Positions 58,208 through 64,000 of a stretch of DNA of 64,000 nt are shown piece by piece. Numbering within the stretch: the stretch's first letter is position 1; every line of letters starts with the position of its first letter. The notes beneath the pieces were generated by a model, which ran no database searches, was not told the DNA's origin, and saw only the letters and a list, made by a program, of their open reading frames with translations. The DNA is taken from assembly GCA_902494605.1 (NCBI GenBank), contig CABUUG010000001.1, positions 609 through 64,608 on the forward strand, written 5' to 3'. Source of the stretch: an uncultured Collinsella sp. (GTDB taxonomy: Bacteria > Actinomycetota > Coriobacteriia > Coriobacteriales > Coriobacteriaceae). The position numbers and the translations under genes were made by a program.

Positions 58208-58357
58208 TTACGCGGTTTTACCAAACCGCGTAACGGCTCGACGCTGCAAACCCGTACACGCGGCAATCTGACGTTCAATTTCAAGGGCGCGACCATAAGG
58301 TCTGCGCCCTTTCATTTCACGTCACCTTGCTCGCGTGTACGGGTTTTCGCTGACTTA
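58208..58357 (-). ncRNA. Candidate structured element, copy B (homologous to 30299-30447)
   Basis: Same conserved blocks and covarying stems as copy A, in opposite orientation. Confidence 0.55.
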
Positions 58358-58423
58358 TGCTCAACAAGGGCGGTTGTATTATTTTCGGGCCTGATGAAGG
58401 GCACCTCCCCTGGCTGGTCGTTG

Positions 58424-58497
58424 GGTGCTCATTGGGGACAGACTTAAATGAGTGCCCAATGAGTAGGTGCTCATTTAAGCCTGTCCCCAATGAGTGG
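58424..58497. repeat. Inverted pair of GGGGAC-tagged REP-like units
   Basis: CTCATTGGGGACAGACTTAAATGAG / CTCATTTAAGCCTGTCCCCAATGAG. Confidence 0.8.
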
Positions 58498-58600
58498 GTT
58501 AAAGGTTGCGGGTTCTTTACGGGAATGTGGTGTGGGCTGCGGAAATGTGGTTCTTTCCGTACAATAGTTCAACTCGTGTAAACGCAGGGAAGGGACATTC

Positions 58601-59332
58601 ATGGCAGACATGATCGAGATCAAGCATCTCAACAAGTACTTTGGCGACCTGCATGTGCTCAAAGATATCAATCTCACCGTCAAGCGCGGCGAGAAGCTCG
58701 TAATGATCGGGCCTTCCGGCTCGGGTAAGTCGACGCTCATCCGTTGCGTCGATTATCTGGAGGAGCCCACGTCGGGCGAGGTCGTCATCGACGGTACGCC
58801 GCTCACCAAAAAGAATCACCTGGAGATGGCTCGCAAGTACAGCTCCATGGTGTTTCAGCAGTTCAACCTGTATCCCAACATGACGGTGCTGGGCAACCTG
58901 ACGCTCGCACCCATCAAGCTGCAAAAGAAGAGCAAGGAGGAGGCGACCGAGATCGCCATCGCCGCGCTCAAGCGCGTCGGCATGGCGCATAAGGCTGGCG
59001 AGTATCCGCAGAATCTCTCGGGCGGTCAGCAGCAGCGCATCGCCATCGCCCGTGCCCTGTGCACCAAGCAGCCTATCATCCTGTTTGACGAGCCGACCTC
59101 GGCGCTCGACCCCGAGATGGTCCAGGAGGTACTGGACGTTATGATTGAGCTCGCGCAGGAGGACATCACCATGATCTGCGTGACGCACGAGATGGGCTTT
59201 GCGCGCCAGGTGGCCGACCGCGTCATCTTTATGGAGGACGGCCGCATTCTGGAGGAGGGCACGCCCGAGCACTTCTTCGATAACCCCGAGAACCCGCGTT
59301 GCCGCGAGTTCCTGTCCAAGATTCTGCACTAG
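58601..59332 (+). CDS. Polar amino-acid ABC transporter ATPase (GlnQ-like)
   Basis: [36 protein letters not shown]. Confidence 0.93.
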   Translation: MADMIEIKHLNKYFGDLHVLKDINLTVKRGEKLVMIGPSGSGKSTLIRCVDYLEEPTSGEVVIDGTPLTKKNHLEMARKYSSMVFQQFNLYPNMTVLGNLTLAPIKLQKKSKEEATEIAIAALKRVGMAHKAGEYPQNLSGGQQQRIAIARALCTKQPIILFDEPTSALDPEMVQEVLDVMIELAQEDITMICVTHEMGFARQVADRVIFMEDGRILEEGTPEHFFDNPENPRCREFLSKILH

Positions 59333-59340
59333 GCGCGGTG

Positions 59341-60216
59341 ATGGACATGACGGATATGACGAGGGCGGCCGTGTCGCGCCGTCACTTTTTGCAGCTGGCT
59401 GGCGCCGGCATGCTCGCGCTGACGGGGACCGCGCTTACCGGTTGCGGCAACTCCACCAGCGGTGAGGGCTCCGACAAGGGGTCCAAGCTTGCGGCCATCA
59501 AGTCGCGTGGCCATCTGAATGCCGGCGTTAAGAAGGATGTTCCCGGCTACGGCTATTACGACACCGCCAAGGGCCGCTTTGAGGGCATGGAAGTCGATTT
59601 GTGCTACCAGATCGCCGCTGCCGTCTTTGGTGTGAGCTACAAGAAGGCTCGTGCCCAGGAGCTTGTCGAGTTTACCGACGTAACGCCCAAGACGCGCGGC
59701 CCACTGATCGATAACGGCCAACTCGACGTGGTCGCGGCGACCTACACCATCACCGACGAGCGCAAGAAGAGCTGGGATTTCTCGACGCCGTACCGCACCG
59801 ACTACGTGGGACTCATGGTCAAGAAGCGTTCGGGCTTTACCTCGATTGAGGATCTGGACGGCAAGGTCATTGGCGTGAGCCAGGGTGCCACCACGCAGGG
59901 CCTGATCGAGCAGATGATCAAGGACAACGGCTTTAGCTGCAAGCCCGAGTTTAGGGCCTTTAGCGGCTATCCCATCATCAAGAGTTCGCTCGACGCCGGC
60001 AATATCGACGTCTTTGCCATGGACCGCTCCACGCTGGCCGGTTACATGAACGAGACCGTTGAGCTGCTGCAGCCCGAGGTCAAGTTTGGCGAGCAGGGCT
60101 ACGGCGTGGCGACCAAGAAGGGCTGCGACCTTTCGGCTGTGGTCGATCAGGTGGTTTGCGATCGCCTGGCCGATGGCTGGCTCGACCAAGAGGTCAAGAC
60201 CTGGGGTCTTGTATAG
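59341..60216 (+). CDS. Polar amino-acid ABC substrate-binding lipoprotein (Glu/Asp/Gln-type), Tat signal
   Basis: SRRHFL twin-arginine motif, LTGC lipobox, ATYTITDERKK. Confidence 0.9.
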   Translation: MDMTDMTRAAVSRRHFLQLAGAGMLALTGTALTGCGNSTSGEGSDKGSKLAAIKSRGHLNAGVKKDVPGYGYYDTAKGRFEGMEVDLCYQIAAAVFGVSYKKARAQELVEFTDVTPKTRGPLIDNGQLDVVAATYTITDERKKSWDFSTPYRTDYVGLMVKKRSGFTSIEDLDGKVIGVSQGATTQGLIEQMIKDNGFSCKPEFRAFSGYPIIKSSLDAGNIDVFAMDRSTLAGYMNETVELLQPEVKFGEQGYGVATKKGCDLSAVVDQVVCDRLADGWLDQEVKTWGLV

Positions 60217-60241
60217 GCGCATCGTCCAAGGAAGGAATCAA

Positions 60242-60988
60242 ATGCTCGAAGGATTATTTGACGCCGACCGTTGGTCGACGACATTTCAAAATATGGGGCC
60301 CTTCTGGGAGGGCTTTGGCGTGACGCTACAGGTGGTCGTTGCCGGTCTGCTGTTGTCGCTGGTGCTGGGCACGCTGCTGGGCGTGTTCTCTACCACTCGT
60401 TCGCGCGTGCTGCGCGCCATAAGCCGCGCGTACGTGGAGTTTTACCAGAACACCCCGTTGCCCGTACAGGTGCTCTTTATGTACATGGCCGGTCCGCAGT
60501 TTTTGCAGGCCATAACCGGTGCCGACCAGCCGGTGCGCATCGCTCCGTTCGTGCTGGGCTTCTTGGGCGTGGGCCTGTATCACGCGGCCTACATTTCGGA
60601 GGTCATCCGCACTGGTATCGAGGCGGTTCCGCGCGGTCAGATGGAGGCGGCCCAGAGCCAGGGCTTCACCCGTGCGCAGGCGTACTGGTACATCGTACTG
60701 CCCCAGACATTCAAGATCATTCTGCCGCCGCTGTGCAACCAGGCGCTCAACCTGGTCAAGAATACGTCGGTGCTGGCGCTTGTGGCCGGCGGCGACCTTA
60801 TGTACCGTTCCGACAACTTTGTGAGTCTGTACGGCTACCTGCAGGGATACATCGTCTGCTGCCTTATGTACTTCATCATCTGCTTTCCGCTCGCCATGCT
60901 GGTGCAGTGGCTCGAGCGCCGCTCCAAGGAGCGTCCGCGCGGCGTGAGCCTGGCCGAGCTGGGGCTCGACAACGTAGAGGAGGCCTAG
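60242..60988 (+). CDS. Amino-acid ABC permease
   Basis: NTPLPVQ, AYISEVIR, GQMEAA, KNTS. Confidence 0.92.
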   Translation: MLEGLFDADRWSTTFQNMGPFWEGFGVTLQVVVAGLLLSLVLGTLLGVFSTTRSRVLRAISRAYVEFYQNTPLPVQVLFMYMAGPQFLQAITGADQPVRIAPFVLGFLGVGLYHAAYISEVIRTGIEAVPRGQMEAAQSQGFTRAQAYWYIVLPQTFKIILPPLCNQALNLVKNTSVLALVAGGDLMYRSDNFVSLYGYLQGYIVCCLMYFIICFPLAMLVQWLERRSKERPRGVSLAELGLDNVEEA

Positions 60989-60991
60989 CGC

Positions 60992-61630
60992 ATGGAAATC
61001 TTCAACGCGACCAACCTGCTCTACATTTGGGGCGGCTTTGTTAAGACAATCGAGATCTCGGCGCTGTCGATCTTTTTCTCGCTCATCTTTGGCACGGTGC
61101 TGGCGCTCGTTAAGAGCTATGCGCCCCGCCCGTTCCGTATTTTGGTGAGCGCCTATATCGAACTGTTCCGTTGCACGCCAAACCTGCTGTGGATCCTGTT
61201 TATCTACTTTACGGTGCAGGGTTTGGACATTGTGATTTCGACCATCGCCTTTACGCTGTTTACCAGCGCTGTTATGGCCGAGATTGTGCGCGGCGGCCTC
61301 AACTCGATTCCGCGCGGCCAGTTTGAGGCAGCGCAGAGCCAGGGCTTCGGCTTCTTTGCCACCATGCGCTACATCATTCTGCCGCAGACGTTTAAGACGA
61401 TCATTCCGGCGCTGTTTAGCCAGTGCACGACCGTCATCAAGGACAGCTCGTATCTTTCGGGCATTAACGTGGCCGAGCTCATGTACACGGCAAACGTCGT
61501 GATGGCCCACGCGATCGACCTGTCGCAGGTGCTTATGCTCTACGGCCTGGTGTTTGCGATGTACTTTGTACTCAACTTTGGTATCTCGCTGCTGGTCCGC
61601 GCATATCAGAGGCGAATGGTGGCAGCGTAG
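60992..61630 (+). CDS. Amino-acid ABC permease
   Basis: FRCTP, AEIVRGG, GQFEAA, IKDSS. Confidence 0.92.
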   Translation: MEIFNATNLLYIWGGFVKTIEISALSIFFSLIFGTVLALVKSYAPRPFRILVSAYIELFRCTPNLLWILFIYFTVQGLDIVISTIAFTLFTSAVMAEIVRGGLNSIPRGQFEAAQSQGFGFFATMRYIILPQTFKTIIPALFSQCTTVIKDSSYLSGINVAELMYTANVVMAHAIDLSQVLMLYGLVFAMYFVLNFGISLLVRAYQRRMVAA

Positions 61631-61678
61631 AATGTGGCAAAGGGACAGCCCCTTTGTCACATAGAGAAAGGAATCGCG

Positions 61679-62302
61679 ATGAGCGATCTGGAGAATAAGA
61701 AGAATCCTGTGGTCATTACCATCGCGCGCGACTTTGGCGCCGAGGGCCACGAGATTGGCCGCATGCTTGCCGACGAGTTGGGGATTCCGCTGTACGATAA
61801 CGAGCTGCTGGTACGTGCGTCGCTGCGCGCGGGCGAGTCGCTCGATAAGATGGCCGCCTATGATGAGCGTCTGGCCGTGGAGAACATGGCGTTTCTGCCC
61901 GACCGCTACGATGCGCGTTCGTACTCGGATAAGTTGTTCCAAAAGATGAGCCAGGTGATTTTGGATCTGGGCGAGACCGAGAGCTGCATTATCGAAGGTC
62001 GTCTGTCCGATTACCTGTTGCGTAACAACCCCAACCACATTGCCGTGTTGGTGACCGCTCCCTTTGAGGACCGCGTCGAGATCGTGCGCAAAAAGCGCGG
62101 CCTCAACAAAAAGAAGGGCGCCAAGTTGGTTAAACAGCAGCAGAAGGCGCGCGAGGCGTTCTATAAGCGCTACAGTGCCGGTAAGTGGAAGATGACGAGC
62201 GGCAAGGACATCGTCGTCAACCGCGCCAAGCTGGGCCGCGAGGGTTGTAAAGACGTTATCGCCGCTGCCTACCGCTACAAGGTGGCACAGCTCGAAGGCT
62301 AG
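61679..62302 (+). CDS. Cytidylate kinase-like family protein
   Basis: VITIARDFGAEG..IG, CIIEGR. Confidence 0.82.
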   Translation: MSDLENKKNPVVITIARDFGAEGHEIGRMLADELGIPLYDNELLVRASLRAGESLDKMAAYDERLAVENMAFLPDRYDARSYSDKLFQKMSQVILDLGETESCIIEGRLSDYLLRNNPNHIAVLVTAPFEDRVEIVRKKRGLNKKKGAKLVKQQQKAREAFYKRYSAGKWKMTSGKDIVVNRAKLGREGCKDVIAAAYRYKVAQLEG

Positions 62303-62353
62303 CTGACCAAAACCACCACAAAGGGGACAGACACCTTTGTGGTGGTTTTTGTT

Positions 62354-63757
62354 TTAGGCGGAGGGGAAGGCCTTGGTGAGACCGGCGCGCGTCTGCGTGT
62401 CGGTCTTTTGGTAGATAGAGCTCAGGTGGCGCTGTACCATGCGCATCGAGATGCCGAGCTCCTCGGCGATCTGCTTGAGCGGGCGTTCATCCTGGGTCAC
62501 GGCTATGAGCACGTCGACTTCACGCGGGGTGAGAGCGTGGTTGGCGATGAAGGCCTGGCGCTGCTCCTCGATGGTGGGGGCGGCGAGTGCTTCTTCTGCC
62601 AGCTGCTCGCGCTCGCGCTCCTGCTCGGTTTGGGGCAGGCGGAACAGGCCCGCAGCTACAAACGCCACACTTGCCGCCACAAGCAGCATGAGCGCGCCGA
62701 TCATGATGATGGCGACATTGCCCGAGGTCACAAGTGCCAGCGAGATGCCCGACGTAGTGAACGCGCACACGTTGTTGGCTGCGCGGCCCATGCCAGCCCA
62801 CAGTGCGGGCGTATGCATGCGCGGTGCCAGCTGTGTAAAGGTGGCAGTAAAGAACGTGACAAAAAAGCCCGAGCTCAGGTAAAAGACGACAAGGCCCAGG
62901 TTGGGATCGGCGCCGGCTTCCACAGCCAAGATCGAGATGGTGGAAAGTACCGTGACGCCGAGCATGATGAGGCCCATGTAGCGACGCTCGGCAAGATCAA
63001 AGACGATACCGGCGACGAGACCGCTCGCCGCCAAAAAGAGGCGCGGCCAGGTCTGTACGGCGATGGTGCCGTGGGCGTTGGAGAACGTGACGACGTTATC
63101 GAGCGTCGAGAACAGGCAGGCGAGAATCATGACGAGCGCGATACTCCAGCACGCCTGCTTGGCGAGGGCGTGCGAGGGCTCGGCAAAGGGATTGATACGG
63201 GAGTTTGGGCTCTCAACGGTCTCTTGAGGAACAGCGCCGAGGGCGGAGATGGCGATAGTCGCTGCGCCAAGGACGATGAGCTCTGCGATACCGCCGCAAT
63301 TGAGCAGGTTGATGGCGAACTGCATCAGGATGCCCGCGGCATAGGCTGCCCCCGCACCGGTGGCAAGCTTGGGGTCATCCTGGAATGCCAGCGAAAAGGC
63401 GTGGTGAGTGGCGGCGCCCAGCAGGCCGAGCCCGAGGAATGCGAGGCATCCCAGAATCTCGAGCGCAAGCGGGCTCGTGGGGGACTGAATCTGAGTCAAC
63501 CCCAAGATGGCGATGGGGACGGCGGCACTGACAACTGCCTGAGGCTGGCCTTTGTGCTGCGCGTGCTCAAGCAGCGGAGCGTACCCGATAAAGCCGAGCA
63601 CGCTCGCGCCCAGAATAAAGCCCTGTGCGAGCACAACGCGCTCGGCGCCGGCGAGTAGCCCGATATTGATATCGAAGCGAAACTCGGCGGCAAGGAAGGC
63701 GAAGGTGAAGAGCGCGAGTGCCAGAAGCGCGTTGATTTTAGGCTTGCTCAGGGTCAA
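62354..63757 (-). CDS. Multi-TM LuxR-family transcriptional regulator
   Basis: About 12 hydrophobic segments plus LTPREVDVL..IAEELGIS..V..H...IYQK; TTG start inferred from AAAGGA. Confidence 0.87.
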   Translation of the reverse strand: MTLSKPKINALLALALFTFAFLAAEFRFDINIGLLAGAERVVLAQGFILGASVLGFIGYAPLLEHAQHKGQPQAVVSAAVPIAILGLTQIQSPTSPLALEILGCLAFLGLGLLGAATHHAFSLAFQDDPKLATGAGAAYAAGILMQFAINLLNCGGIAELIVLGAATIAISALGAVPQETVESPNSRINPFAEPSHALAKQACWSIALVMILACLFSTLDNVVTFSNAHGTIAVQTWPRLFLAASGLVAGIVFDLAERRYMGLIMLGVTVLSTISILAVEAGADPNLGLVVFYLSSGFFVTFFTATFTQLAPRMHTPALWAGMGRAANNVCAFTTSGISLALVTSGNVAIIMIGALMLLVAASVAFVAAGLFRLPQTEQEREREQLAEEALAAPTIEEQRQAFIANHALTPREVDVLIAVTQDERPLKQIAEELGISMRMVQRHLSSIYQKTDTQTRAGLTKAFPSA

Positions 63758-63965
63758 GAACGGTCCTTTGGGTGGACGAATAATCGTGTCCTCGATTGTA
63801 GACCATGACGGTAGGGGGTGGCCTTTCGGGGGGCGCGCTTGGCAATTGCATGCTCGTTGCCTTTTGCGCTGGCAGGTGCGCCACATGAGAATTTGTGCCC
63901 CGGGATCCGGATATCTTCCCGTAACATGGTGTTACAGAAGCACCCCTTACGACAAGGAGGCTCAC

Positions 63966-64000
63966 ATGCGAAAGCAAATCCATGACAACCCAATCGACCA
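63966..64000 (+). CDS. Start of a gene truncated by the window edge, divergent from the LuxR gene
   Basis: AAGGAGG RBS followed by ATG; only 11 codons visible. Confidence 0.4.
   Translation, partial: MRKQIHDNPID

Overview
This window is the replication-origin region of a high-GC Coriobacteriia chromosome, probably Collinsella-like (inferred from gene content and GC3-rich codon usage). The left arm (minus strand) carries small ORF-parB-parA-three parS sites-rsmG-jag-yidC-yidD-rnpA-rpmH. Gene polarity then switches to the plus strand: an unusual GHKL-ATPase/Q-P-rich/winged-helix gene, dnaA, oriC (variant DnaA boxes and DnaA-trio-like repeats), dnaN, recF, a DciA-like gene, gyrB, gyrA and tRNA-Ile. 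Next come typA, two tRNA-Ser genes, rpsF-ssb-rpsR-rplI-dnaB, purA, purD, a Nudix hydrolase, an ABC exporter and carAB. A ~10 kb accessory block sits between carB and purE; it holds an orphan sortase-anchor remnant, an AAA/DUF4143-type ATPase, a Phd-RelE toxin-antitoxin pair, a 204-bp inverted-repeat element and a 2143-aa cell-wall GH31 glycosidase. The window ends with purE, a class B sortase, moaE, purFMN, a PTS IIA, a PrsA-like foldase, YqeY, a polar amino-acid ABC operon and a membrane-bound LuxR regulator. The most notable observations are: (1) a ~150-nt intergenic element in two copies with conserved junctions and fully covarying stems; (2) a second hairpin family with a conserved loop and unrelated stems, bracketing the accessory block; (3) an origin module in which an uncharacterised ATPase-wHTH gene precedes dnaA, the boxes read TTTTCAACA, and DnaA has altered recognition residues; (4) a dispersed GGGGAC-tagged REP-like family. 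No database searches were run. Family names come from motif recognition and gene order.
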